64,000 nucleotides of DNA from Macrostomum hystrix (lineage: Eukaryota > Animalia > Platyhelminthes). The DNA lies in the NCBI GenBank assembly GCA_950097015.1, contig CATNEN010000003.1, forward strand, positions 10,354,001 through 10,418,000, in the 5' to 3' direction. The notes beneath the pieces are model-generated. The model saw nothing but the letters and a program-made list of their open reading frames with translations. It was not told where the DNA came from and ran no database searches. The position numbers and the translations under genes were made by a program. Within the stretch, counting starts at the first letter, position 1, and each line of letters begins with the position of its first letter. Below are positions 48,758 to 61,800 of the stretch, piece after piece.

Positions 48758-49500
48758 TCCTCTCTCTCCCTCTCCCTCTCTAACTCACTCACCTCCCTTT
48801 CTCCTCCTCCCTTTGTCCCTACCACTCTCCTTCTCTTCCTCTATTCCTCTCCCTGCCCCCCTCACACCCCTCTCACTCTCTCACACCCTACTTCAATCTA
48901 TCCCTCCCTCTCTCCCTCTCCCTCTCTCTCTCCCTCTCCCTCTCTCCCTCTCCCTCTTTCCCTCTCTCCCTCTCCCTCTCTCCCTCTCCCTCTTTCCCTC
49001 TCTCCCTCTCCCTCTCTCCTTCTCCCTCCCTCTCTCCCTCTGTGACTCCTTCCTCTCTCCCTCTCCCTCTCTCCTTCTCCCTCCCTCTCTCCCTCTGTGA
49101 CTCCTTCCTCTCTCCCTCTCCCTCTCTCCCTCTGTGACTCCTTCCTCTCTCCCTCTGTGACTCCTCCCTCTCTCCCTCTCCCTCTCTCACTCTCTCTCTC
49201 CCTCTCCATCTCTCCCTCTCTCCCTCTCTCCCTCTCCCTCTCTCTCCCTCTCCCTCCCTCTCTCCCCCTTCCTCTCTCCCTCTCTCCCTCTTCCTCCCTC
49301 TCCCTCTCCCTCCCTCTCTCCCCCTTCCTCTCTCTCTCTCCCTCTTCCTCCCTCTCCCTCTCCCTCCCTCTCTCCCTCTTCCTCTCTCCCTCTCTCCCTC
49401 TTCCTCCCTCTCTCCCTCTTCCTCTCTCCCTCTGTGACTCCTCCCTCTCTACCTCTCCCTCTATATTTCCCTCTCGTCCTCTCTTTCTCTCTCTCCCTCT
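48758..49500. repeat. CT-rich polypyrimidine tract (ctccct)n
   Basis: Seen directly. Confidence 0.9.
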
Positions 49501-50384
49501 CAGTGAATTTCTCTCTCTATTACTGACTGATCTCTCTAATACATAAACTGCAGAAAAATCTTTCAGCCCACGCATTTGCAAATTCCGCCCAGCATCAAAG
49601 AATCGGGGATTGAGAGGGAGAGAAGAAGCGAATCCACACTTTACTTGGACCCTGGACGCGGTCCCGTACCATCCGATTCCCAATAATGTGAAGGCTGCTG
49701 ATTTGGAAAGTACAAAAGCTTTAAATATATATATATGGCTCAGGCGGCTGGCATACCGGGTGTGGCGGAGAACGCGTCGGGTGGAAAACACCCCGAAATA
49801 GGGAAATTCCCCCGACGGCCTTGAGGTATAGCTGGGCGGATGACCTTGAAGGGGGGTGGGACAGTTTGGGAGGAGAGACCGTGTGTTGGCAGGACAGTTT
49901 TTTTTGTTTTTCATTTCCTATATTTTGACTAATACACAGCGTAATAAATCTAAGTGCGTGTATCAAAGGTCATGTGATGCCAGAATTTTACAGCCTCCCA
50001 TATTAACGTTAATATCATAAAGTTTAATTTATACTTGTACACTTTGTTTAGTTCATTTTGAGATTTCGCTACAAAAGCAGAAATTCGTCAGCAAACTCTG
50101 CAACATTTCATAAGAAATTAGCCAGAATATATCAAGCTTAAACAGTTCATCACGCAGCCACTCTCACGCTAAAAAATGTTATTTTTTAAGCTTCTGTGTG
50201 AATTTCGCGCAAATGCGATGAACCTCAGTTTGCAGACTCTGTTGTGAAGTTATTAATCGCTGTTATGAAAAAAATACGTAACATATCATCTATTCGTCCA
50301 AATTGTTTTACTGGAATCACTCCCTGCATTTTATTCACCTAGCTAGATCTTATCTCAGTGTCCATTCTCCGATCTAAATTATAT

Positions 50385-50845
50385 TTTTGTGTCTATTCTC
50401 AACCCTAGATCTAATCTCAGCGTGTCTATTCTCAACCCTAGATCTAATCCCCTGTATCTATTCTCAACCCTAGATCAAATCTCACCGTGTCTATTCTCAA
50501 CCCTAGATCTAATCTCATGTGTCTATTCTCAACCCTAGATCTAATCTCACCGTGTCTATTCTCAACCCTAGATCTAATCTCAGCGTGTCTATTCTCAACC
50601 CTAGATCTAATCCCCTGTATCTATTCTCAACCCTAGATCAAATCTCACCGTGTCTATTCTCAACCCTAGTTCTAATCTTACCGTGTCTATTCTCAACCCT
50701 AGATGTAATCTCTCCGTGTCTATTCTCAACCCTAGATCTAATCTCACCGTGTCTATTCTCAACCCTAGATCTAATCTCACCGTGTCTATTCTCAACCCTA
50801 GATGTAATCTCTACGTGTCTATTCTCAACCCGCGATCTAATCTCT
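50385..50845. repeat. 33-bp minisatellite gtgtctattctcaaccctagatctaatctcacc
   Basis: Direct tandem copies. Confidence 0.95.
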
Positions 50846-51429
50846 GGGCATCTAAATTCCTATCTCAGTCTGGAACTTTAATTTTGAAATTCCTAACTCG
50901 ACAGTTATTTTTAGTTAGAGTTTTTGTTAAAATGAATTTTCGCGTACTTTAGGCCTTTCTTCGAAATTGTTGCTTTTGTGATTGCTTTTTTAGCCTATAA
51001 ATTAACAAACTGAAACTCTAAAACACCCTACCAAATGCTTATAATTATTCAGTAGATTCGAAAGTTGCAGTTCAGGGACTTTATTAGTAACGAAGTCAAT
51101 TGGGAAATGCTCTATTAATTATTTATGCTCGACTGATTTAACCTGACAGTGCAATGACCTATAGCTGTGCTATTTAAACAATTTACATTGGCAACAGAAA
51201 ACTACTGTTTCTAACTAATTAATTTTCTTTTTTTCTCTGTTCAGACAAATCTCATTTCAAAGACATATAGACACAAATAGTTATTATATTCTCTCTTTAA
51301 TAATATTTTTATGGTCATGATAAACAGTATCAAGCTATTTTATATTGAAGCTCCTCTTTCCCATTCTCCCATTCTATTCCATATTATCTGTCCTTCTCTG
51401 CTGATTAAATTATTTTTAACTCTACTATG

Positions 51430-51700
51430 TCTTTCTTTTCTCTCTTCTCTCTTATTCTCCTTGTCTCCCTGACTCCCTCTCTCCCTCTCCCTCTTCCACT
51501 CCCCTGTCCCTGTCTACCTCTCCCTCTCCCTCTCCCTCTTCCTCTCCCCTGTCCCTGTCTACCTCTCCCTCTCCCTCTCTCTCTTCCTCTCCCCTGTCAC
51601 TGTCTACCTCTCTCCCTCTCTCCATCTCCCTCTCCCTCTCTCCCTGTCTCTCCGTCTCCCTCTCTCCCTCTACCTCTACTTCTTACCCCACTGTCTCGCT
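51430..51700. repeat. CT-rich low-complexity tract
   Basis: Seen directly. Confidence 0.85.
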
Positions 51701-52354
51701 CCATAAGTTTTTAATCGTCTCACCTAGTACAATACTCCCTGACAAGCTCTGGACAGCTAAATTAGCAACTCAACAACCGAGCTTAGACACTTGCTATACA
51801 TTGAACTCTCTCGCCGCTTCATTTTCATTGTCCAAACTACGAAAATCACTTTATTTACCTCGTCTATGTACAATAGGCCATTGTACGCTAATGCGCAGCA
51901 AAAATAGTATAAAAATGCGGTACATTGCGTAGAGGAGTGGTGTGGGCGGGTTGGGCGGCTGCAAGGGTCACAAAAAGAGAGAAAATATGAGCGAGAAAGG
52001 GAGAGAGAGAGGGAGAGAGGTGGAAAGGTCTAAACTGCCTAGTAGGGGTGGGTGGGTTAGTTCAGCTTTAGCACTATGCAGCTTTGCTAATCTTGTATAA
52101 ATACGTATAGGGTGGTGTGTTTTCGCTGGCATGAGTTCATTAACTTCAGGTCATGACCGAATAGTTTTAGTAAGCTTATAGAGTCATAATATTCACTTCC
52201 TTTCTGTTTTTTTAATTGGCTAAAGTAAAAATCGAAAGAATTAAAATATTGAATTCTATTATAGTATTTAGTTTTTAAATCGCTGTGCCTAAGGGCTTCA
52301 AAGCTTTCTTAAATGGTAAGATAGATTTTTGTTTATTCAAAATGATATATATTT

Positions 52355-53235
52355 AAACCTGTTAGACAACATTACCTACCTGTTTGATACGATTACCTGC
52401 CTTTTAGACACAATTACCTACCTGTTTGACACAATTACCTACCTGTTAGACACAATTACCTACCTTTTAGACACAATTACCTACCTTTTAGACACAATTA
52501 CCTACCTTTCAGACACAATTACCTACCTTTTAGACACAATTACATACCTTTCAGACACAATTACCTACCTTTAAGACACAATTACCTATATTTTAGACAC
52601 AATTATCTACCTTTTAGACACAATTACCTACGTGTTAGACACAATTACCTACGTGTTAGACACAATTACCTACCTTTAAGACACAATTACCTACCTGTTT
52701 GACACGATTACCTGCCTTTTAGACACAATTACCTACCTGTTTGACACAATTACCTACATGTTAGACACAATTACCTACCTGTTTGACACAATTACCTACA
52801 TGTTAGACACAATTACCGACCTGTTTGACACAATTACCTACATGTTATACACAATTACCTACCTGTTTGACACAATTACCTACCTGTTTGACACAATTAC
52901 CTACATGTTAGACACAATTACCTATCTTTTAGACACAATTACCTACCTTTTAGACACAATTACCTACCTGTTAGACACAATTACCTACCTGTTAGACACA
53001 ATTACCTACCTTTTAGACACAATTACCTACCTTTTAGACACAATTACCTACCTTTTAGACACAATTACCTACCTGTTAGACACAATTACCTACCTGTTAG
53101 ACACAATTACCTACCTTTTAGACACAATTACCTACCTTTTAGACACAATTACCTACCTTTTAGACACAATTACCTACCTGTTAGACAAAATTACCTACCT
53201 GTTAGACACAATTACCTACCTGTTAGACACAATTT
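52355..53235. repeat. 21-bp minisatellite ttagacacaattacctacct(g/t)
   Basis: Direct tandem copies. Confidence 0.95.
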
Positions 53236-53741
53236 CCTGCAATTAACTCATGTATCCCTACCTTGTAAAATTGCGAGATGTCAACAATTTGTACTCCTAA
53301 TTAGTCTAGATAAGTTTTGTGTTTTCGGAAAAAAGTATCAGACTTCGGTTTTTATCTATTTGGCTAACATCAGTACTTAATTATTTTAGTACAGTTTATA
53401 GGAAGATAGTCAGTCATGATTGATTAAAAAATATATGCGGGCTTATCCTAAAATAAGTAGTTGTTTACTCAATTCTTGCACTTTTGTACTACACTTCCAT
53501 ACACCAGTCGCAGCCCTCCCAAGTATTATTTAAAATTATTGGATTATTATTCTGGTAAAAACTGATAGTTAAACGTATGTTGCAGTCAGTTTAGAAACGA
53601 TAGTTTGGAAACGATTTCCTGTTTGACTTTTCCCGCCGTTTATATCTGAGTGTTGACAAGAAGTAGAAAAATAAATACTTGACTCCGAAAAATTAACTGA
53701 AGACAAAATGCACATCTAAACTAAGGTGATTTTTAAAACAC

Positions 53742-55040
53742 CTACCCTCTCTACTCTACCCTCTCTACTCTACCATTTCTTATCTACCCTCTCTCTTATC
53801 TACTCTCTCTCTTATCTACACTCTCTCTTATCTACACTCTCTCTTATCTACCCTCTCTCTTATCTATCCTCTCTCTTATCTACACTCTCTTATCTATCCT
53901 CTCTCTTATCTATCCTCTCTCTTATCTATCTTCTCTCTTATCTAAACTCTCTCTTATCTACACTCTCTCTTATCTACACTCTCTCTTATCTACACTCTCT
54001 CTTATCTACCCTCTCTCATATCTATCCTCTCTCATATCTATCCTCTCTCTTATCTATCCTCTCTCTTATCTACCCTCTCTCTTATCTACCCTCTCTCTTA
54101 TCTATCTTCTCTCTTATCTAAACTCTCTCTTATCTACACTCTCTCTCTCATTTAAACTCTTTCTTATCTACCCTCTCTCTTATCTATCCTCTCTCTTATC
54201 TATCCTATCTCTTATCTATCCTCTCTCTTATCTATCCTCTCTCTTATCTATCCTCTCTCTTATCTACACTCTCTCTTATCTACACTCTCTCTTATCTACC
54301 CTCTCTCATATCTATCCTCTCTCATATCTATCCTCTCTCTTATCTATCCTCTCTCTTATCTACCCTCTCTCTTATCTACCCTCTCTCTTATCTATCTTCT
54401 CTCTTATCTAAACTCTCTCTTATCTACACTCTCTCTCATTTAAACTCTTTCTTATCTACCCTCTCTCTTATCTATCCTATCTCTTATCTATCCTCTCTCT
54501 TATCTATCCTCTCTCTTATCTATCCTCTCTCTTATCTAAACTCTCTCTTATCTACACTCTCTCTCATTTAAACTCTTTCTTATCTACCCTCTCTCTTATC
54601 TATCCTCTCTCTTATCTATCCTCTCTCTTATCTATCCTCTCTCTTATCTATCCTCTCTCTTATCTATCCTCTCTCTTATCTATCTTCTGTCTTATCTAAA
54701 CTCTCTCTTATCTACACTCTCTCTCATTTAAACTCTTTCTTATCTACCCTCTCTCTTATCTATCCTATCTCTTATCTATCCTCTCTCTTATCTATCCTCT
54801 CTCTTATCTATCCTCTCTCTTATCTATCTTCTCTCTTATCTAAACTCTCTCTTATCTACACTCTCTCTCATTTAAACTCTTTCTTATCTACCCTCTCTCT
54901 TATCTATCCTCTCTCTTATCTATCCTCTCTCTTATCTATCCTCTCTCTTATCTATCCTCCCTCTTATCTATCTTCTCTCTTATCTAAACTCTCTCTTATC
55001 TACACTCTCTCTCATTTAAACTCTTTCTTATCTACCAAAT
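53742..55040. repeat. 16-bp minisatellite tatctatcctctctct
   Basis: Direct tandem copies. Confidence 0.95.
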
Positions 55041-55502
55041 CTATACTCTACCCTATCTTTTTTTATCTCTACAACATTCTCTCTGTTTAACCTTATCAAA
55101 GTTTCTACTTTTCTATTTCTGCGTCTTTATTTCTCTCGCATATTCATCAACTCGAGCCTATAATTCAGGTCATGCATAGGGGGTGTTTACCAAGACTAGT
55201 CGGCTGTAAAAACAAAACAAAAGTTCTGACTTTAGTTTAAAAGAAGAAAAAAATGGCGGTGACTAAAGCCGGTGTCCATTTTGTGTGTCTCCAATTCCAG
55301 CTCTCAACAAACCAGTTTGTCAAGTTACTGTTCTAGTCAGATTAATTAGTTTAGTTTGTTTTGTCCAATAAGTAAGTTCAAAGAAAATTAACCTATAATT
55401 TCCGGTTACGTTTTATGCTTGAATGACAACAATCATAAGATACGTATGTTTAGGCCATAGACAACTAGAATGAATTAATCTATTGCCTAAAACATTTTGT
55501 AG

Positions 55503-56189
55503 TCGACAAATCCTGGGGGCGGCGGCACCCAATCGCCTGACAGGCCGCGTCGAAACTCCGACCAAGGCCAAGGTCGAGTCCGTATTGTTGCACCGTCGAC
55601 TAGTTCTAGCGGCGGCGGTGGCAGCGGCGGCGGCGGCGGCGGTGGCGGCGGGGGCGGAAGCGCCGGCAATAGCGGCTCGCAGAATCGTCGCTCGACAATG
55701 AAACTATTTTTCGATAATTTTCGTCCCCGAGCCAAATCTGAAAGCGCCAACTCTATGGCCCGACCAGCTGATAAAAATCGACCAACTGCCGGCGGTGAAA
55801 ACTCTGGCGATTCGAACCTCGGCGATCAGCCGGATCGAACTAACGCCGACGGCGGCCTCAACGGCGACCGACGTCCGGACGATGTCGGTTTGGGCACAAT
55901 TCACCAGGGCGAAGAATTTGTCGGCCGCGTAACCAAAAAAAAACGCTCGAAGAGTCCAATGAGTCTAGTAAATCGGTTTCGTCAATTGACGGCTTCAAAT
56001 GCTGCGACTAGTTCGGACTATTCAACGGGCGGTGATTCAACCGGACGATACAGACGACGCTCTGGAACCAGCGGACCCGCTGTCTCCTCGGCCCAACCGT
56101 TTCAGGGCCTGCCGCATCCCAGCAATATGCCGTTGGATTGCGCCTATCACGACGATGTCTGCGCTGAGAAGCGAAACAGGATGAGAAAG
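55503..56189 (+). CDS. Shared internal exon of a probable AMP-activated protein kinase gamma subunit (PRKAG/SNF4Agamma-like N-terminal extension)
   Basis: cctaaaacattttgtag| acceptor, 229 codons phase 0 to phase 0, donor aag|gtgaga. FFDNFRPRAKSE resembles the FxDxFRPRSKSD motif I recall from long invertebrate AMPK-gamma isoforms. The exon call is firm; the identity is tentative because no CBS domain is in the window. Confidence 0.65.
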
Positions 56190-56304
56190 GTGAGACAGTT
56201 CTTGTGCTTCGAATTCGAGTTTGTTTTAATCTGTGTTTAACTCGTGTTCGAAGAAAAAAACATAATCCTAAAGTGCTGCTGAATTTGAGATTCCTCTGGT
56301 ATGA

Positions 56305-56750
56305 TATGGGGAAATTACTTTATCGGAGATCCCCCTCGTAGGGGAATTCCTTATTCTGTGATTCCCCTAGTAGGAGAATTCCTTAATCAGAGATTTCCCT
56401 AGTTGGGAAATACCTTAATCAGGAATTCCTCATAATAAGGATTTCTTAAACAGAGATTCCCCATAGTAGGGAAATTCCATAACCAGCGATTTCCCATAGT
56501 AGGGAAATTCCATAACCAGCGATTTCCCATAGTAGGGAAATTCCATAACCAGCGATTTCCCATAGTAGGGAAATTCCATAACCAGCGATTTCCCATAGTA
56601 GGGAAATTCCATAACCAGCGATTTCCCATAGTAGGGAAATTCTATAACCAGTGATTCCCCCTTAGTATGGGAATTCCTTAATCAGAGATTCCCCATAGTT
56701 AGGAATTCCTTAATCAGAGACTCCTCTTAGTAGGGGAGTTTCTTAATTCC
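56305..56750. repeat. 33-bp minisatellite ttcccatagtagggaaattccataaccagcgat with degenerate flanks
   Basis: About 5 perfect copies plus diverged copies on both sides. Confidence 0.9.
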
Positions 56751-56787
56751 CCTTTTTAACTTTTCAACTAACAAAATTAATTTTTAG

Positions 56788-56820
56788 GCCATTTCAGTGG
56801 ATGAATCGTACAATGACGCG
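56788..56820 (+). CDS. 33-nt micro-exon (AISVDESYNDA) of the same gene
   Basis: ttaatttttag| acceptor with upstream ctaac, donor gcg|gtaaga, phase 0/0. Confidence 0.7.
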
Positions 56821-57698
56821 GTAAGATGAATAAGCAATATAGTCTATTTTTGTTATCTGTAGTTTGATTTGATTTACTTGAACTGTGCTATTTGCTGTTG
56901 TCATCAGAAATTTAATTCCATTATTGCTTATATTTATGGCATGTACTCTATACGCTGTCACTTAGTTAAAATCTGCAAGATATTCTATGGCCAAAATGTA
57001 ATCTAGGGAAACGTGTCTCGTTAAAATATTTAGTCTATGACCAGAAATTTCTTTCTCATTTTTGTTGTAATCTAGCAAGAATTTGTTAATTGTCTATGGC
57101 CTAAAGTGCTTGCTAAACTGTTGTCTAGTTCAGAGTCGTAAAAACACTCTATGGCCTCAATTATTATATATTTTACTTTCTATTTGGAATCCTTATTACA
57201 ACTTTCTTTCTGGCCAAAAGAAATGGAAAGCGTGACGAACTGTTGTCAACAAGCTTTGCGTGTACTTTTGCCATTCTCTCTCCCTGTACTCAATTGCTCA
57301 CTAGAGGCTAATCAGTTCTCTAACGCAAGTTTCCTATTGCAAAAATTATCTTGGACTTAATTTACGCCCGCGACACGCTACTTAGTTTAAGTAGGATAAT
57401 AAAGAAATTATTTGTTTTTTTTAAATACCTACATTACTATTTTTTCTGTATCTCCTAAAATATTTAACCAATCGCCATGAAATGCAAATCACGGGCTAAA
57501 CACCGGCAATCAATACAAAACAATCAACAATCATAGCCGATGTGATGCCCGTTGTCTTTCCCCATGGGATATTCTACTGTTAACGAAAATAAGAATAATT
57601 TCTCGCTAAACAATACGCTCACTTTAATCCGATGTATTATAATTGAAAGTACGGGCGTACATCAAAGCATATCTCAGAAATTATGTTTATATTTGCAG

Positions 57699-57783
57699 AG
57701 TTCTCATCCGCCAATGGTTGGAAATATTCAGGAGCGGCATAGGGATCTGTTCGAAAACTTGAGCCACTCCGCTGACACCGAAG
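57699..57783 (+). CDS. Next exon (SSHPPMVGNIQERHRDLFENLSHSADTE); gene continues beyond the window
   Basis: atatttgcag| acceptor, donor aag|gtgagg (phase 1). The acidic end resembles the segment just before CBS1 in AMPK gamma (recalled). Confidence 0.65.
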
Positions 57784-58197
57784 GTGAGGAATCGTTACTT
57801 CTTTTTATAGCCGCTAGTTTCTATAAATCCGTTATCATCAAAAATCAATTTTTTCTTCACTTACAAATTTTTTCACTTGTTGCCTAATTAAGTAACTTTC
57901 ACTTCAATCCGCAGAGTTGATTCGCAGTTTTTTGTCTAACTCCGTTACTAATCCTGTAAACTTCAGTTACTTTAAATTCGTTACTTTAATCAGTTAGTTT
58001 CCTTTCCTATTGCAATTTTTTTGGCAGCGCCTGAATGCTAACAGCGTTGGGTGGTGACTGATTGGTTGGCGCCTAATATTTAGGCTAGATCAGTGAAATT
58101 GGAGAAATTCGCGTCTGGGTGTCCATAGTGGCCTAGTTCCACCTGTTGTAGCCCTTGAAAGTCCAGTAGGTCCGTGTAAATACAGATAGGTGAGTAT

Positions 58198-58750
58198 TGG
58201 CGCCCCCCCATGGGCAGTAGCGCCCCCATATGGTAGTGGCACCCCCATGTGGTAGTGGCACCCCCATGTGGTAGTGGCACCCCCATGTGGTAGTGGCACC
58301 CCCATGTGGTAGTGGCGCCCCCATGTGGTAGTGGCACCCCCATGTGGTAGTGGCACCCCCATGTGGTAGTGGCGCCCCCATGTGGTAGTGGCACCCCCAT
58401 GTGGTAGTGGCACCCCCATGTGGTAGTGGCACCCCCATGTGGTAGTGGCGCCCCCATGTGGTAGTGGCGCCCCCATGTGGTAGTGGCACCCCCATGTGGT
58501 AGTGGCGCCCCCATGTGGTAGTGGCACCCCATGTGGTAGTGGCACCCCCATGTGGTAGTGGCGCCCCCATGTGGTAGTGGCACCCCCATATGGTAGTGGC
58601 GCCCCCATGTGGTAGTGGCGCCCCCATGTGTTAGTGGCACCCCCATGTGGTAGTGGCGCCCCCATGTGGTAGTGGCGCCCCCATGTGGTAGTGGCGCCCC
58701 CATGTGGTAGTGGCGCCCCCATGTGGTAGTGGCACCCCCATGGGCAGTGG
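58198..58750. repeat. 19-bp GC-rich minisatellite gc(a/g)cccccatgtggtagtg (~29 copies)
   Basis: Direct tandem copies. Confidence 0.95.
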
Positions 58751-58801
58751 CTCCCCAAAATGCGTGTTCCCCCGTAGACAAAAATCCTGGCTACGCCACT
58801 G
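58198..58801 (-). mobile_element. Possible truncated non-autonomous DNA transposon (hAT/MITE-like end) carrying the 19-bp array
   Basis: The - strand begins CAGTGGCGTAGCCAGGATTTT at 58801, a terminus typical of metazoan non-autonomous hAT-like elements; the partner TIR was not found. Confidence 0.35.
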
Positions 58802-58895
58802 TGCGTTGCTCCGTTCGGGTGCAGCACAAAAATGTTCAGGTGGGGAAATTCTCCTGTTTGGTAGTTAATCCGTTAGTCCGTCAATCCGTTAGTTT

Positions 58896-61800
58896 TCTGT
58901 CGCTAAATTCCCAGGCCAGTGTAGCATTCTGTCGCTAAATTCCCAGGCCAGTGTAGCATTCTGTCGCTAAATTCCCAGGCCAGTGTAGCATTCTGTCGCT
59001 AAATTCCCAGGCCAGTGTAGCATTCTGTCGCTAAATTCCCATGCCAGTGTAGCATTCTGTCGCTAAATTCCCAGGCCAGTGTAGCATTCTGTCGCTAAAT
59101 TCCCATGCCAGTGTAGCATTCTGTCGCTAAATTCCCAGGCCAGTGTAGCATTCTGTCGCTAAATTCCCAGGCCAGTGTAGCATTCTGTCGCTAAATTCCC
59201 AGGCCAGTGTAGCATTCTGTCGCTAAATTCCCATGCCAGTGTAGCATTCTGTCGCTAAATTCCCATGCCAGTGTAGCATTCTGTCGCTAAATTCCCATGC
59301 CAGTGTAGCATTCTGTCGCTAAATTCCCAGGCCAGTGTAGCATTCTGTCGCTAAATTCCCAGGCCAGTGTAGCATTCTGTCGCTAAATTCCCAGGCCAGT
59401 GTAGCATTCTGTCGCTAAATTCCCATGCCAGTGTAGCATTCTGTCGCTAAATTCCCAGGCCAGTGTAGCATTCTGTCGCTAAATTCCCATGCCAGTGTAG
59501 CATTCTGTCGCTAAATTCCCATGCCAGTGTAGCATTCTGTCGCTAAATTCCCATGCCAGTGTAGCATTCTGTCGCTAAATTCCCATGCCAGTGTAGCATT
59601 CTGTCGCTAAATTCCCATGCCAGTGTAGCATTCTGTCGCTAAATTCCCATGCCAGTGTAGCATTCTGTCGCTAAATTCCCAGGCCAGTGTAGCATTCTGT
59701 CGCTAAATTCCCAGGCCAGTGTAGCATTCTGTCGCTAAATTCCCATGCCAGTGTAGCATTCTGTCGCTAAATTCCCATGCCAGTGTAGCATTCTGTCGCT
59801 AAATTCCCAGGCCAGTGTAGCATTCTGTCGCTAAATTCCCAGGCCAGTGTAGCATTCTGTCGCTAAATTCCCATGCCAGTGTAGCATTCTGTCGCTAAAT
59901 TCCCAGGCCAGTGTAGCATTCTGTCGCTAAATTCCCAGGCCAGTGTAGCATTCTGTCGCTAAATTCCCATGCCAGTGTAGCATTCTGTCGCTAAATTCCC
60001 AGGCCAGTGTAGCATTCTGTCGCTAAATTCCCATGCCAGTGTAGCATTCTGTCGCTAAATTCCCAGGCCAGTGTAGCATTCTGTCGCTAAATTCCCAGGC
60101 CAGTGTAGCATTCTGTCGCTAAATTCCCAGGCCAGTGTAGCATTCTGTCGCTAAATTCCCATGCCAGTGTAGCATTCTGTCGCTAAATTCCCATGCCAGT
60201 GTAGCATTCTGTCGCTAAATTCCCATGCCAGTGTAGCATTCTGTCGCTAAATTCCCATGCCAGTGTAGCATTCTGTCGCTAAATTCCCATGCCAGTGTAG
60301 CATTCTGTCGCTAAATTCCCATGCCAGTGTAGCATTCTGTCGCTAAATTCCCATGCCAGTGTAGCATTCTGTCGCTAAATTCCCATGCCAGTGTAGCATT
60401 CTGTCGCTAAATTCCCATGCCAGTGTAGCATTCTGTCGCTAAATTCCCAGGCCAGTGTAGCATTCTGTCGCTAAATTCCCATGCCAGTGTAGCATTCTGT
60501 CGCTAAATTCCCAGGCCAGTGTAGCATTCTGTCGCTAAATTCCCATGCCAGTGTAGCATTCTGTCGCTAAATTCCCAGGCCAGTGTAGCATTCTGTCGCT
60601 AAATTCCCAGGCCAGTGTAGCATTCTGTCGCTAAATTCCCATGCCAGTGTAGCATTCTGTCGCTAAATTCCCAGGCCAGTGTAGCATTCTGTCGCTAAAT
60701 TCCCATGCCAGTGTAGCATTCTGTCGCTAAATTCCCATGCCAGTGTAGCATTCTGTCGCTAAATTCCCAGGCCAGTGTAGCATTCTGTCGCTAAATTCCC
60801 AGGCCAGTGTAGCATTCTGTCGCTAAATTCCCATGCCAGTGTAGCATTCTGTCGCTAAATTCCCATGCCAGTGTAGCATTCTGTCGCTAAATTCCCAGGC
60901 CAGTGTAGCATTCTGTCGCTAAATTCCCATGCCAGTGTAGCATTCTGTCGCTAAATTCCCATGCCAGTGTAGCATTCTGTCGCTAAATTCCCATGCCAGT
61001 GTAGCATTCTGTCGCTAAATTCCCAGGCCAGTGTAGCATTCTGTCGCTAAATTCCCAGGCCAGTGTAGCATTCTGTCGCTAAATTCCCATGCCAGTGTAG
61101 CATTCTGTCGCTAAATTCCCATGCCAGTGTAGCATTCTGTCGCTAAATTCCCAGGCCAGTGTAGCATTCTGTCGCTAAATTCCCATGCCAGTGTAGCATT
61201 CTGTCGCTAAATTCCCAGGCCAGTGTAGCATTCTGTCGCTAAATTCCCAGGCCAGTGTAGCATTCTGTCGCTAAATTCCCATGCCAGTGTAGCATTCTGT
61301 CGCTAAATTCCCAGGCCAGTGTAGCATTCTGTCGCTAAATTCCCATGCCAGTGTAGCATTCTGTCGCTAAATTCCCATGCCAGTGTAGCATTCTGTCGCT
61401 AAATTCCCATGCCAGTGTAGCATTCTGTCGCTAAATTCCCATGCCAGTGTAGCATTCTGTCGCTAAATTCCCATGCCAGTGTAGCATTCTGTCGCTAAAT
61501 TCCCATGCCAGTGTAGCATTCTGTCGCTAAATTCCCAGGCCAGTGTAGCATTCTGTCGCTAAATTCCCAGGCCAGTGTAGCATTCTGTCGCTAAATTCCC
61601 ATGCCAGTGTAGCATTCTGTCGCTAAATTCCCAGGCCAGTGTAGCATTCTGTCGCTAAATTCCCATGCCAGTGTATCATTCTGTCGCTAAATTCCCATGC
61701 CAGTGTAGCATTCTGTCGCTAAATTCCCATGCCAGTGTAGCATTCTGTCGCTAAATTCCCAGGCCAGTGTAGCATTCTGTCGCTAAATTCCCAGGCCTGT

